A program made the translations under genes and the position numbers. A stretch of 64,000 nt of DNA from a bacterium (GTDB lineage: Bacteria; SM23-31). A model generated the notes under the pieces. The model was given only the letters and a program-made list of their open reading frames with translations, was not told where the DNA came from and did not search any database. Shown here piece after piece: positions 11,473 to 22,530 of the stretch (its first letter is position 1; each line of letters starts with the position of its first letter). The DNA lies in contig OZ252239.1 of NCBI GenBank assembly GCA_965249485.1, forward strand, positions 1-64,000, read 5' to 3'.

Positions 11473-11704
11473 GAAACAACTTTCAGATAATAATTATAGA
11501 GGAAATAAATTGTATCTGTACTTTGATATGTGAAGGATTTGGACATTGCAGCGGGATAATACACGCCGAAACTTTCTAACGGATTTACATCCGGTATGAA
11601 TTTGTAGCAGAAAAATAGTACCCTATTAGGGTACACTATTCTGTATAAAACTGCAAGGATTAATTGTATTGAGAAAATCTGATTTACATACTGCAATATT
11701 GAAC

Positions 11705-11738
11705 AAAAAAACCCCGAATCAAGCAATCCGGGGTTTTT
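11705..11738 (-). terminator. Rho-independent terminator (possibly bidirectional)
   Basis: Minus strand AAAAACCCCGGATT-GCTT-GATTCGGGGTTTTTTT just after the stop of 11762..12256. Confidence 0.85.
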
Positions 11739-11761
11739 ATAGTACAAGCATCGTACTTTCG

Positions 11762-12256
11762 CTATGTTGTGGAGACAAATTTTCCTTTTGGTCTGTTATG
11801 GTGCCTTCGATGCCTAAGGCCTTCAGGTCTCACGATTTCAAGAGCGCTATGCATAAGATCCCGGGCATCATGCAGAGAATTGAATGCCGTTTCATAATCT
11901 CCGGCATCGTATGCTTCAATAGCTTCGTTCCGTAACGAAGCCGCTTCTTCAATGAGCACCTTCGCTTCGTCATTGTCAAAGCGTTCCTGAAAAGTGCTGA
12001 ATCGTTCCTGGACATTTTTCATACGCTCGATAATTCGTCCCAGCCGTTCGATCATCTTATCTGTTATCTCAATAGGTGTACCGTCCGGTTCATTAAGACC
12101 AACCGAGTTCAATTCGCTCTCAATTGCCTGAAACTCGGCAACATCTGCGACCTGATCGACACTGGCATTATCGGTCTGAAGTGGTGACTCGCTGCATCCA
12201 AGCAGGAAACCAAAACCTAAAAGTACTATACCGATCGTTGCTAATTTATTCATCAT
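11762..12256 (-). CDS. Hypothetical alpha-helical lipoprotein
   Basis: Lipobox LLGC, acidic helical body, His/Arg-rich tail; RBS GGAGGGG; followed by a terminator. Confidence 0.75.
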   Translation of the reverse strand: MMNKLATIGIVLLGFGFLLGCSESPLQTDNASVDQVADVAEFQAIESELNSVGLNEPDGTPIEITDKMIERLGRIIERMKNVQERFSTFQERFDNDEAKVLIEEAASLRNEAIEAYDAGDYETAFNSLHDARDLMHSALEIVRPEGLRHRRHHNRPKGKFVSTT

Positions 12257-12340
12257 CCCTCCTACAAGGCTATGTGCTAATATCTCGTAAATAGTTAGTC
12301 CGGCGCCAGACTCATGATTGTGTTAATTATAATACAATTA

Positions 12341-13148
12341 GGTAATTAGGTCAAAAGCGACCTAAAGTGAATATTGATTAATAAATAGTATAGTTTTTCG
12401 TTTCTGTAATTGTATCTAAATTCCATTTCCTTGAGGTACAATAGGAAATGATTTTTGCTAACACCATGGTATTTTAAGAGTCTTTCTTTTGCAAATGACC
12501 AGAAGCCCTCTAAACCGTTAATATGACGTCGTCCTTTAATAAAATATTTGTTATGATCGACAGTAAGATGTTTGCCAAAAAACTTCAGCGATTTATACGA
12601 TCGAAACTTATCAGTATAGAAAACACTTCCTTTTTCAGAATTGTCCCTGATCTCGTTCATCAATGTCTCGGCAGTTACATCATCAACAACCGTAGTAAAT
12701 ATCTTCCCTTGACGCTCCAACATGCCGAAAACCTTTATTGTACCAGCACTTCCTCGACCCCGTATCCCTTTTCGCTTACCGCCAAAATAACTCTCGTCAC
12801 ATTCGATTTCTCCAGAAAGTCTCTTAAATTCCTGGCTCAAAAAATCATAAATTTCTTGACGGTAAAGCATGTATTTTCCTCGTACCTTCTTGTATCCAAA
12901 ACCAAGATCCCTCGCAGCTTTATTAGCAGGGATCTCAAGAGAAAAATAGTGCAAAATTGTCAGATCATCTTTGAACTTTGTAAAACTGTATTTGTAAAAA
13001 CAATCTCTACATTTATAACGATTGTCCCTCATCAGGTAAAGATGATTTCCGCCACATGTAGGACACTCTTTACCTTCAATAAATTTAATGACTTCTTCTT
13101 CCATACCAAATATAATATAATACTTGGGTCGGAAATAACCTAATTACC
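12341..13148 (-). mobile_element. IS1595-family insertion sequence (808 bp)
   Basis: 22-bp imperfect TIRs GGTAATTAGGTCAAAAGCGACC / GGTAATTAGGTTATTTCCGACC (17/22 match) flanked by a perfect 8-bp direct repeat TACAATTA (12333-12340, 13149-13156). Confidence 0.93.
12346..13104 (-). CDS. IS1595 (ISXO2-like) DDE transposase
   Basis: Zn ribbon CPTC...CRDC, EIECDESYFGG, GRG, YTD, HINGLEGFWS, YHGVS, YLKEMEFRYN; stop codon lies within the TIR. Confidence 0.95.
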   Translation of the reverse strand: MEEEVIKFIEGKECPTCGGNHLYLMRDNRYKCRDCFYKYSFTKFKDDLTILHYFSLEIPANKAARDLGFGYKKVRGKYMLYRQEIYDFLSQEFKRLSGEIECDESYFGGKRKGIRGRGSAGTIKVFGMLERQGKIFTTVVDDVTAETLMNEIRDNSEKGSVFYTDKFRSYKSLKFFGKHLTVDHNKYFIKGRRHINGLEGFWSFAKERLLKYHGVSKNHFLLYLKEMEFRYNYRNEKLYYLLINIHFRSLLT

Positions 13149-13483
13149 TACAATTAAAATGCGAAAACATTCCGAATTTATTTTAATAAAAACTGTAACC
13201 ACGTCAATTCTGTTCAATTTTGGACATCAGAAGTAACAAGAAAGAATTAACTCCAAACGACAATTCTCCTCCAATTGATGTTGTTGATATATCTGCATTT
13301 CTATCACTCGAAACAATACTTATATTTCTTTTGCCTATGCTAATGATGCGCCATTACCGATATAGGGTGAGAAGAAACATCATACACTTGCAGATAGCGC
13401 GAAATTCGCTTGCACTCTTTTCAATATATCTGTATTATCAGAAACAAGTGTTAACCGATACTGATCTTAACTTTTTGAGGTAA

Positions 13484-14377
13484 ATGATGATACGCATTGC
13501 ACTATTTTTGATTCTGATTATGGCAATTTCCGGATTGGTACTAACAGCATGCACACCGGCTGAGCAACCAACACCGGTCCGGACGATCCTCTATGAATCT
13601 GATGTTAACGGAAGTGTTGATGTGTTTGTCATGAATGAAGACGGAACAGGGAAAAGTAATATCACACAGCGTGAAGGTTACGATGGTGCGCCGGGTTGGT
13701 CTCCTGACGGCTCACAGATTGTGTATGTATCTGACCGGGACGGTGACAGAGAAATTTTTATCATGAGTGCTGATGGATCAGATCCTGTTCAGCTGACAAA
13801 TAATGAAGCAGGCGACGGATTTCCCAGCTGGTCACCCGACGGGTCAATGATCACCTTCGATTCGAACAGGGACAGTGATAACTCCCAGGTCTATGTTATG
13901 AATGTAGATGGTTCGGATCAGCGGAGACTGACATTCTCCGAAACCCCAGAAGGGTATGTTTCATGGTCAGCGGACAGTAAATGGATTCTCTTCGATACCT
14001 TCCGGGATGGCCCTTCCGAGCTTTATACAATTATGTATGACGGGACAAATCAAACACGTATTACTTACTTTGAATCGCATATTGGTGATGCACGATGGAC
14101 ACCGATGGGAGTCGACATTACATTCGAGACAGGTAAAGACGGCAATTCTGAAATTTACCTGCTTAACGCGGATGGTACGAATGAACGGCGCCTGACGTTT
14201 AATGAAGATGATGACCGTTCTCCGGCAGTATCGTACGACGGGCAAAAACTGGTATTCTCGTCTGACAGAGACGGTGAATTTGAAATATTTATCATGGATA
14301 TTGACGGTTCTAATGTGGTTCAGCTGACAGACAATGAAACACCCGACCTCTTTCCGACATTCTCACCGCCGCGGTAA
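13484..14377 (+). CDS. PD40/TolB-like beta-propeller lipoprotein
   Basis: Lipobox LTAC; about 6 repeats of P-x-WSPDG...F-x-SDRDG-x-x-EIFIM. Confidence 0.9.
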   Translation: MMIRIALFLILIMAISGLVLTACTPAEQPTPVRTILYESDVNGSVDVFVMNEDGTGKSNITQREGYDGAPGWSPDGSQIVYVSDRDGDREIFIMSADGSDPVQLTNNEAGDGFPSWSPDGSMITFDSNRDSDNSQVYVMNVDGSDQRRLTFSETPEGYVSWSADSKWILFDTFRDGPSELYTIMYDGTNQTRITYFESHIGDARWTPMGVDITFETGKDGNSEIYLLNADGTNERRLTFNEDDDRSPAVSYDGQKLVFSSDRDGEFEIFIMDIDGSNVVQLTDNETPDLFPTFSPPR

Positions 14378-14464
14378 AAATACTTATAATATGATATGAT
14401 CTTATAAATCCGGTACATGAAATTATTGTTGAGTCCGATTTTTATGTGAACAAGGGAGGAATGT

Positions 14465-15274
14465 ATGCAGCGCTATCAATTATTTTTAATAATCGTAATC
14501 GGTCTTGTGATTGCCTCCTGCACCCGAACAAATGAAGCAGAATCACGTTTTACAAAACAGGTAGAAGTATTTGGTTATCATATTTATGCAACAGAAAAAA
14601 CCGGTGATGATAAACTACTCCATGCGGCAACTGTACTTGCAGAATATCTCGATAATGACGAAGACGGTACTCTGGACAATCCGTTGATTGTCGAAAACAT
14701 GATCCGGAAGCAGTCCTGTATCGTTATGGGATACACACAGGAAGAATTACAGGCTGCTGACAGAAGTATCCTTCCACCCGGTCCGAAGCAGGGACTGTAT
14801 GACGACGAGACATACCCGAATGCCCCTGAAGGGGTATTCGATGGAGCTTTAGAGGAAGTGCTCCATCCTATTACTCGTCACGGTTTTGCTGAAGCATATC
14901 CTGAGGCATTCGGATTGGAACAGGGTAGCATTGCCTCCAAAGCGGTAAATCTGGCACGGGGCGGCTACTTTGAAGAAGTCCCGGAACAATACCCCGAAGA
15001 TGCATGGTACACCTATTATGATGAGACCTGTACCTATTCATGCCAGATGAACGAATATCTGTATTGGACTATTTCATCACTGCTCGGTGCTCAGGACTAT
15101 CCCGGCCGGTTTGAGCAGATCGGAAACGAATGGCCTCTCAATACTCCCGAAAAACTCCGGGACGGCGATCCGACTGTTTATGCTCTTTTGACCGATCCGC
15201 AGTATATGGTACCGGCCGTTCTGCCTGATGGTGTATACAACGCAGGAACTTTCAGAATAGAAGCCTTACCGTAA
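14465..15274 (+). CDS. Lipoprotein with zincin-like EExxH motif (paralog of the 39-41 kb proteins)
   Basis: Lipobox IASC; DDKLLHAATVLAEYL, DGALEEVLH, NEYLYW, KLRDGDP segments align by eye with 39232..40418 and 40470..41705. Confidence 0.75.
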   Translation: MQRYQLFLIIVIGLVIASCTRTNEAESRFTKQVEVFGYHIYATEKTGDDKLLHAATVLAEYLDNDEDGTLDNPLIVENMIRKQSCIVMGYTQEELQAADRSILPPGPKQGLYDDETYPNAPEGVFDGALEEVLHPITRHGFAEAYPEAFGLEQGSIASKAVNLARGGYFEEVPEQYPEDAWYTYYDETCTYSCQMNEYLYWTISSLLGAQDYPGRFEQIGNEWPLNTPEKLRDGDPTVYALLTDPQYMVPAVLPDGVYNAGTFRIEALP

Positions 15275-15348
15275 GATATTGCTCAACTCAAATGTTTCAT
15301 TTTATAACCTTTCACACTATTCATTCATTATAATAAAGAGTATGAGAA

Positions 15349-18234
15349 ATGGCAACGTTACCTATTCTTAGAAAAAGCCCTCTATTGTTAGTATTCATGC
15401 TTGTGATATCTCTTGTTGCAAACTGTTCATCAAACAAAACGGGGATACCTCTTGCAGAGCATCCTCGTCCTGATTTCATGAGAGATGCATGGTTGAATTT
15501 GAACGGTCAATGGGATTTCGCACTCGATCCTCTTGAGGAAGGTGAGCAGGAAGCGTGGTATAGAGCGAGTTCTGCTTTCGACAAAAAGATTACCGTACCA
15601 TTCTCTTGGGCCTCGCCGTTTTCGGGAATTGAGGAACCGGATGTGAACATTGGGTGGTATTCGAGAACTTTTACTATACCTGAGAACAGTAACTGGAGTG
15701 ATAAACGAATATTTATCGTGATTGGTGCGAGTGATTATGAGACAAAACTGTGGCTCAATGGAAGTTTAATCAGCGATCACGAAGGCGGTTATACACCTTT
15801 TGAATTCGAATTAACCGATCTTATTAACAGGACAGATGTCAATACAGTCGTCATTCGTGTTGAAGACAAATCGGTTTCAGGCAGACAGACTGGAAAACAA
15901 AATGACTATGGTCCTGCAAAAGGTATCTGGCAGACGGTCTATCTTGAAGGACGTTCGGAAAATTGGTTCCGCTTGGTCCACTTTACTCCCGATATAGATA
16001 ATGAAAAAGTGTCTGTTAAGTTTTCTCTGGAAAAACCTGCAGACAACGATATGATAATCGCAGTGATTTTCGAAAACCAAGACTTGGAACCTGCACAACG
16101 TACTATTCCTGCTGGTAATGATGAGTATACATTCGACATTCCCGTCACCGATCAACGTCTCTGGACCCTTGACGATCCGTACTTATATAACGTTGACGTC
16201 ATCCTCGGTGACGGAAGTGAAGAATATGACCGAGTCCGATCATATTTTGGTATGAGGAAGATTTCGACTGGCAGACCTCCCGGATCGGATGATATGTACA
16301 TTATGCTGAATAACAAACCGGTTTATCTTAAGATGACATTGGACCAGGCATTCCATCCGGAAAGTTTTTATACATTTCCAAGTGACGACTTCATCAGGGA
16401 AGAGATTCTGCGGGCAAAGAATATAGGCCTGAACGGAATAAGAATTCATATAAAAACGGAAATGCCGAGAAAACTGTACTGGGCTGATAAACTTGGTGTT
16501 TTGGTTCAGGCGGATATACCGAATTTCCGTCTAAATAACGAGACCGGAATAGCGGATGAATACGCGAAAAATAACTGGAAATATACCGCTTACAATCAGA
16601 TCATGCGCGATTTTAACCATCCAAGCATCTTTTGCTGGGTGCTCTTCAATGAAACCTGGGGACTTGAGGGACGGGGACAGTACAGAGGATACCCTCAGGA
16701 AAACAGAGAATGGGTGATATCCCTTTACAATTGGGCAAAGGAACTCGATCCAACACGTCTTGTTGAAGATAATTCTCCCGATAAATATGACCATATCGTA
16801 TCTGATATTAACTGCTGGCATCGGTATCTTCCGGCTCAGATTTATGCATCGTTTTTAGACAATGCAATGGAAAATACGTATCCGGGTTCAGGTTGGAATT
16901 ATATTGGTGATAATGTTCAGACCGACATTCCGCTGTTAAACACAGAATGCGGAGCCGAACATGGATACCGGTACGGAACCGGGGACATCGATATTTCCTT
17001 TGAATATCACATTATGATCAATGAATTTCGAAGACGCCTTACAAATGTTGGTTTTGTGTTCACACAGTTTCACGATGTCATTGATGAATGGAATGGGTAT
17101 TACCGTTATGACCGGACGATCAAGGAATGGGGACTTGATGAACTTAGTCCGGGAATGACGATCAATGATTTTCATTCCGATATGTATCTTATACCCGGAA
17201 ACGATTTTTTCAAAACGGTACAACCAGGTGATTCATTCAGCATACCCATAACTGCGTCATTTACGACAGATGAACTGCCTCATGAAATGACAGTCCGGAC
17301 AGTTGTACACGGATGGAACAAATTCGGGGAACAGAAGGAGTATTGGTCTGGGCAATTTACCATTCAGCCGAAACCATATTCCGTCTTTGATGTTGAACCG
17401 GTAACGTTTCAGGCTCCCAATGAGGAATGTCTGGCAGTCATGTACACCTACTTGCTTGATGATCAGGGGCAAATACGGCATAGAAACTTTATTCCTTTTA
17501 GAGTAGTTGCAGACGATCTCGAACAGGATAACAATCCGACTCCTTCACAATACAGCATACGCCGGGAACCCGATGCGTATTCACAGAGCAATTGGTCTGT
17601 GAAACAAGTCTCCATTCTTGACGGATTGAAAGTCTGGGGAACGGGAACGGGATATTTCGAATACGAATTCAACATCCCGGAGGATCTTACACGTGACGAT
17701 ATACAGGATATTGAATTTCTCGCGGAATTGTCATCACGCCACATTCAGGGTAAATATACGCGGGAGGGAGACGAGCTTGAATATACCGGTAAACATTATG
17801 AGTCTATCGGTGAAAATGCTTTTGATCCAGGGTATGGATTTAACACATTTCCAATGACAGATGATAAAATGCATTCGAGTAGAGTGACTATCACGCTTAA
17901 CGAAAGAGATGCTCAAATTGTAGTATTGAGCGACGATCCCGCGGATCATCGGGGATTACTGTCGTGGATGAACCAGATCCGACCGGTAAGCATGGCACAC
18001 AAAGATTACAGAGCACAAGATTGGGAGCTTGAAGAAGCAGGATCATATGGTTATATTGTCAAAGTGAATTTCAATGAAGACTCAATTGAAAAAGCATTTC
18101 AAGAAAAGAAGTTCACTATAAAACTCGCTGTTCTTGAGTCTTCCGAAACATCAGGAGGATTGTCAGTATATGGAGATAAATTCGGCCGGTTCCCCCTTGG
18201 TCCAACAGTGGTCATTACAAAAAAATCACAATGA
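15349..18234 (+). CDS. Glycoside hydrolase family 2, probable lipoprotein
   Basis: HPRPDF..WLNLNGQWDF, HEGGYTPF, GIWQTVYLE, WADKLG, NHPSIFCWVLFNE (acid/base), NTE (nucleophile); signal ending VANC. Confidence 0.92.
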   Translation: MATLPILRKSPLLLVFMLVISLVANCSSNKTGIPLAEHPRPDFMRDAWLNLNGQWDFALDPLEEGEQEAWYRASSAFDKKITVPFSWASPFSGIEEPDVNIGWYSRTFTIPENSNWSDKRIFIVIGASDYETKLWLNGSLISDHEGGYTPFEFELTDLINRTDVNTVVIRVEDKSVSGRQTGKQNDYGPAKGIWQTVYLEGRSENWFRLVHFTPDIDNEKVSVKFSLEKPADNDMIIAVIFENQDLEPAQRTIPAGNDEYTFDIPVTDQRLWTLDDPYLYNVDVILGDGSEEYDRVRSYFGMRKISTGRPPGSDDMYIMLNNKPVYLKMTLDQAFHPESFYTFPSDDFIREEILRAKNIGLNGIRIHIKTEMPRKLYWADKLGVLVQADIPNFRLNNETGIADEYAKNNWKYTAYNQIMRDFNHPSIFCWVLFNETWGLEGRGQYRGYPQENREWVISLYNWAKELDPTRLVEDNSPDKYDHIVSDINCWHRYLPAQIYASFLDNAMENTYPGSGWNYIGDNVQTDIPLLNTECGAEHGYRYGTGDIDISFEYHIMINEFRRRLTNVGFVFTQFHDVIDEWNGYYRYDRTIKEWGLDELSPGMTINDFHSDMYLIPGNDFFKTVQPGDSFSIPITASFTTDELPHEMTVRTVVHGWNKFGEQKEYWSGQFTIQPKPYSVFDVEPVTFQAPNEECLAVMYTYLLDDQGQIRHRNFIPFRVVADDLEQDNNPTPSQYSIRREPDAYSQSNWSVKQVSILDGLKVWGTGTGYFEYEFNIPEDLTRDDIQDIEFLAELSSRHIQGKYTREGDELEYTGKHYESIGENAFDPGYGFNTFPMTDDKMHSSRVTITLNERDAQIVVLSDDPADHRGLLSWMNQIRPVSMAHKDYRAQDWELEEAGSYGYIVKVNFNEDSIEKAFQEKKFTIKLAVLESSETSGGLSVYGDKFGRFPLGPTVVITKKSQ

Positions 18235-18443
18235 AGGAAATTCTAAAACAACACTAATTGTGGCATAATAAAAATTGATGTTCTCCATCTTATCAATTCT
18301 TCTTGATTGTATTCTCAATTATTACCTCCTCATGAACTGATGTCGGAGTTACTATAGAATAATATGTTTACCCACATTGTAGTGTTTTCATTGTAACCTA
18401 CATCAAATATGAAATTCCCTTATAGACTGGAGGCAGATAAATC

Positions 18444-18905
18444 ATGCAGGATATTGTCTATGTTTCGAATATTTCAGTCAAGCATATAGAAGGAAAGTTG
18501 CGCCACGCCTATGTTCCCGAAGAGAAGGAACCGGTTAAGTTCTCAGTGCATGGTGCAATTGCTGAACATTATGGTGTCACTTCAGATATAAAAGATCCAC
18601 ATGCAGCGACAATCGATTATGTTGTTGCCGCGGCCGGTGGCTGAATGCTTGGTACCTTTAACGGTGCGCTGGCAGCGCGCGATGTGACACTCAAAAATAA
18701 CATTTCGGCAAATGTCAGGGGAGAAATTGAATCGGATGATGGTGTTCTTGTTATTAAACGAATACTTGTGAGCTACTCAATCGACGCAGATGAAAGTGAC
18801 CATGCAACAATTGAACGGGTTCACGGAATTCATGCAAACTTTTGTCCCGTGTACAGGTCATTGAAGGATGCTATTGCGATTTCATCCGAATATGTATTTG
18901 TATAA
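18444..18905 (+). CDS. OsmC-like protein with in-frame UGA (probable selenocysteine) at 18642-18644
   Basis: Two abutting same-frame ORFs give DYVVAAAGG-U-MLGTF...HANFCPVYRSL; the UGA sits at the first catalytic Cys position of the OsmC/Ohr fold and a SECIS-like hairpin follows; RBS GGAGG before 18444. Confidence 0.85.
18664..18680 (+). promoter_or_regulatory. Putative bacterial SECIS apical hairpin
   Basis: GTGCGCT-GGC-AGCGCGC (7 bp including one G-U), G-led loop starting 26 nt after the UGA. Confidence 0.65.
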
Positions 18906-18997
18906 CCTGTATTCGACTAATATTACTATAATTGTTTTATTATCCGGCAGATGAACCGGAATTTACTGAACTACTGATGGATAGGGAGTACGTATCA

Positions 18998-20041
18998 ATG
19001 CAAAAGATGATGAAAGCACTGGTAAAAAAACACCCGAAACCGGGACTCTGGTTAGAAGAAATACCGGTTCCGGAAATTGGAATAGACGATGTTCTCATAA
19101 AGGTTCATAAAACCGGTATCTGCGGTACTGATGTCCATATCTGGGAGTGGGACTCATGGGCGCAAAAAACGATAAAGGTACCAATGGCTATCGGCCATGA
19201 ATTTGTCGGTTCAATCGAAAAGATCGGCAGCAATGTATACGATTTTGCGGTTGGTGATATCGTATCGGGTGAGGGTCATGTTGTGTGCGGAAAATGCCGC
19301 AACTGCCTCGCGGGAAGGCGCCACCTCTGTAACGCCACAAAAGGTATTGGCGTCAACCGGCCCGGAGCTTTTGCCGAATATATTTCAATTCCGGTTACTA
19401 ACGTCTGGCATGCCGACCAGGCTATTCCCACGGATATTCTCAGTATTTTCGATCCGTTCGGGAATGCCGCACATACCGCTCTCACGTTTAAAATTCTGGG
19501 TGAGGATGTTTTGATCACGGGTGCCGGCCCGATCGGACTCATGGCAACAGCTATCGCAAAACACGCCGGTGCGCGGTTTATTGTTACCACCGATGTCAAT
19601 CCCTACCGTCTTGCACTGGCGGAGAAAATGGGTGCAACCGTTGCGCTGAATGTCCGCGAGATAAAAGTTGCTGACCTCCAGAAAGAACTCGGTATGAAAG
19701 AGGGATTCGACGTTGGTCTCGAAATGTCAGGGAGCGGTGATGCACTTAATGATTTGATTACAAATATGTGCCACGGCGGCAAAATTGCAATTCTCGGAAT
19801 CCCATCGAAAGATCTTGTGATAAACTGGAACACGGTTATTTTCAACATGCTCACTATCAAAGGGATATACGGCCGTGAAATGTACGAAACGTGGTACATT
19901 ATGCAATCGATGATCCAGACCGGTCTCGATATTTCTCCTGTTATTACGCACAAATTTCCGTATACGGAATTCGAAGAAGGATTTATGATTATGCGCTCTG
20001 GAAACTCGGGAAAAATTATTCTCGACTGGATCGACGTATAA
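18998..20041 (+). CDS. tdh: L-threonine 3-dehydrogenase
   Basis: [61 protein letters not shown]; start after AGGGAG RBS (could be a few codons later). Confidence 0.95.
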   Translation: MQKMMKALVKKHPKPGLWLEEIPVPEIGIDDVLIKVHKTGICGTDVHIWEWDSWAQKTIKVPMAIGHEFVGSIEKIGSNVYDFAVGDIVSGEGHVVCGKCRNCLAGRRHLCNATKGIGVNRPGAFAEYISIPVTNVWHADQAIPTDILSIFDPFGNAAHTALTFKILGEDVLITGAGPIGLMATAIAKHAGARFIVTTDVNPYRLALAEKMGATVALNVREIKVADLQKELGMKEGFDVGLEMSGSGDALNDLITNMCHGGKIAILGIPSKDLVINWNTVIFNMLTIKGIYGREMYETWYIMQSMIQTGLDISPVITHKFPYTEFEEGFMIMRSGNSGKIILDWIDV

Positions 20042-20119
20042 TACGATAACAAATAATGAGCACGATTTTAGCAGTGAATGCATTTATAACCGGTAACTCA
20101 AACCATGTATAATCATACC

Positions 20120-20381
20120 ATGAGTGTAACGGCACCAGGATAACAAAACGATTTTACCTCACGTTTTTTTGTGCCGAAAATGGGCATCGATGAAGACCCT
20201 ATGACCGGATCACCACACTGCTCGCTTACACCGTACTGGGCACAGCGTCTCGGCACATCAAAGCTGCATGCGAAGCAGGTGGTCAAAATAGAGTGGTGGA
20301 CTCTTTTGTGAACTCAAGGACGACCGTGTCCTGATCTCCGAGAAAGCCATCAAAGTCCTGTCGGGTGAGATGTTTGTGTAG
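20120..20381 (+). pseudogene. C-terminal remnant of a PhzF-family isomerase
   Basis: VTAPG*QNDFTSRFFVPKMGIDEDPMTGSPHCSLTPYWAQRLG..., then a frameshift to LFCELKDDRVLISEKAIKVLSGEMFV*; internal TAA at 20141; not in the ORF track. Confidence 0.85.
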
Positions 20382-20690
20382 GTAGTCTATCCAGACTTCA
20401 TGGTGTATTCCAAGGTACATTCGGTATTCAGTGCTTTTAATAAAGAGTATGATTGGAACACCACATACCCATTATAAAAAATTGAACTTTCCAAATAAAA
20501 ATATCAAACTATTTATAAATATATAAAATAATGAAATCAACTTGATCTCACATTTTTGTTGAATGCTTGGTATATGGAATTATATAGGCAAGTTTCTTTC
20601 AATAAAAACCTTAATTAATCCATTGGGAAAATCGAAAAACATTTGTATATTTACAGCAACATTTTCTGAGAATCTGAATGAGGATATATC

Positions 20691-21350
20691 ATGCCTTCGA
20701 GCCATTATTTACAGATCAATGAGATAGTCGAGGTTATTGTTAATACTGATCCTAGAGGAGTGCTAGATATTGGTGTCGGATTTGGTAAGTACGGATTTCT
20801 ATCTCGGGAGTATCTCGAATTATGGGATGATGAGCAGCCGTATGCTGAATGGAGAAGAAGAATAGACGGTATTGAGGCATTTGAAAAATATATTACACCA
20901 ATTCAGAAGGAGGTTTATGATAAAATATATATAGGAAATACCCTAGATATTGTCAATGAGCTTGATGTTCAATACGATCTCGTTCTCCTGATCGATATTC
21001 TTGAACATTTTGGTTATGACGACGGCATGAAGCTTTTAAACATTCTTGCTGAACGCCATAAAAATATCCTTGTTTCGACACCTTTCGATATCGGAGTTCA
21101 GGAAGATATTTTTGACAATCCGTACGAAATTCACAAATTTCAGTGGAGAAAAAAACATTTCAGATCTTTTCCTGATAAATTTTTTATCAACAGCCCTTTC
21201 TCACTGCTCTGTTTTATCGGGGAAGATGCACAGAGAGTAAAAGGTAAGATTAAGACCAAAGGATGGAATAAAATTAAATATGACATCAGTTTGATGTTTC
21301 CAATATTAAAAGTACCATACCGATTCTTCAGAAAAATTTTGTCATCATGA
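20691..21350 (+). CDS. Class I SAM-dependent methyltransferase (glycan-locus type)
   Basis: VLDIGVGFGKYG, DGIEAF, YDLVLLIDILEH. Confidence 0.8.
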   Translation: MPSSHYLQINEIVEVIVNTDPRGVLDIGVGFGKYGFLSREYLELWDDEQPYAEWRRRIDGIEAFEKYITPIQKEVYDKIYIGNTLDIVNELDVQYDLVLLIDILEHFGYDDGMKLLNILAERHKNILVSTPFDIGVQEDIFDNPYEIHKFQWRKKHFRSFPDKFFINSPFSLLCFIGEDAQRVKGKIKTKGWNKIKYDISLMFPILKVPYRFFRKILSS

Positions 21351-21384
21351 TGAACATATGCTTTGAGCACGCACAGGAGATCTA

Positions 21385-22530
21385 ATGCGAATAGGTATAA
21401 ACGGATGGTTTCTGCGACATCCCAACACTGGTATCGGGCAGTATATGCGGGGTCTTTTGACAAGTATGGATTCAATCAGCAATCGCCATACGTATATCCT
21501 TTACATCGATGATAGTACAGAATCGCTTCCTCTCAGTGAAAAATTTACTTACATATCTGTTAAACACCCCTATGCCACTCTCCATAAGGATCTAAAAAAA
21601 ACATTCTGGGAGCAGCACGTTATATATAAACTTGTAAAACAACACAATCTTGATTTCCTACACATTCCATATTTTGCACCCCCCATCAAAAAGCAGCTTC
21701 CGATAGTTATGACAATTCATGACGCATCACCTTTGAGATTTTCTTGGAAAAACATGGGAAGAAATGGTGTGTATGATAAACTCTACCGGAAACTGTTCTT
21801 TTCGAATCTGAAAAAAGCAGAAAAAATCATTGTTGTTTCACATTTCCTCAAGGAAGAACTCCTGGATTTGACATCTATTCCCGGAGAAAAAATCACTGTT
21901 ATTCCTATCAGCACACATGAACACTATCAACCCTATAATGATAAAGAAGAAATTCATCATCGCATTGAAAAATACAATATAAAGAAAGAATATATTTTCT
22001 GCATCGGTGATCCCAGCTACAGAAAAAACATGTTTGCTGTCATGGATGCTTATATTGCATTACCAGAGGAAATCAAAAACAAATACAATCTAGTAATTTG
22101 TGGAGGAACAAAATTTTCACAAAAATATCAGGATTATGCAGCAAAGGACTCAGAAGGCAGAATACAACATATTGGATATGCAACACCTGACGGTGATTTA
22201 CCCTATCTTTATAATGGCGCAAAACTCTTTGTTTTTCCTTCCCGGTATGAGGGATTTGGAATACCCCCACTGGAAGCGATGAAATGCGGTATACCGGTGA
22301 TTGCTAACAATTCATCAAACATTAAAGCAGTTGTCGGGGATGCGGGGATGCTTATTAATACCGAACATACACAAGAATTGTGTGATGCTATAGTCAAGGT
22401 CCTCTCTGATAATGATTTACGTAGAAAGATGTCAAGTAAAGAGTTGGAATGGGCTAAGCAATTTAGTTGGGAAAAAGCTGCCAAGGCAACCTTGCAAGTA
22501 TATGAAGAGATGGAAAATATTATATTATAA
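21385..22530 (+). CDS. GT4 (group 1) glycosyltransferase
   Basis: TGIGQY, VMTIHD, RKN, FVFPSRYEGFGIPPLEAMKCG, FSWEKAA. Confidence 0.93.
   Translation: MRIGINGWFLRHPNTGIGQYMRGLLTSMDSISNRHTYILYIDDSTESLPLSEKFTYISVKHPYATLHKDLKKTFWEQHVIYKLVKQHNLDFLHIPYFAPPIKKQLPIVMTIHDASPLRFSWKNMGRNGVYDKLYRKLFFSNLKKAEKIIVVSHFLKEELLDLTSIPGEKITVIPISTHEHYQPYNDKEEIHHRIEKYNIKKEYIFCIGDPSYRKNMFAVMDAYIALPEEIKNKYNLVICGGTKFSQKYQDYAAKDSEGRIQHIGYATPDGDLPYLYNGAKLFVFPSRYEGFGIPPLEAMKCGIPVIANNSSNIKAVVGDAGMLINTEHTQELCDAIVKVLSDNDLRRKMSSKELEWAKQFSWEKAAKATLQVYEEMENIIL

Noticed and set aside
11466..11747. 93-aa ORF (and similar 13220..13483, 42477..42686)
   Set aside because: Low-complexity AT-rich intergenic ORFs with no family features; the first overlaps a terminator
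12523..13143. 206-aa plus-strand ORF within the IS
   Set aside because: Antisense shadow of the transposase with no motifs
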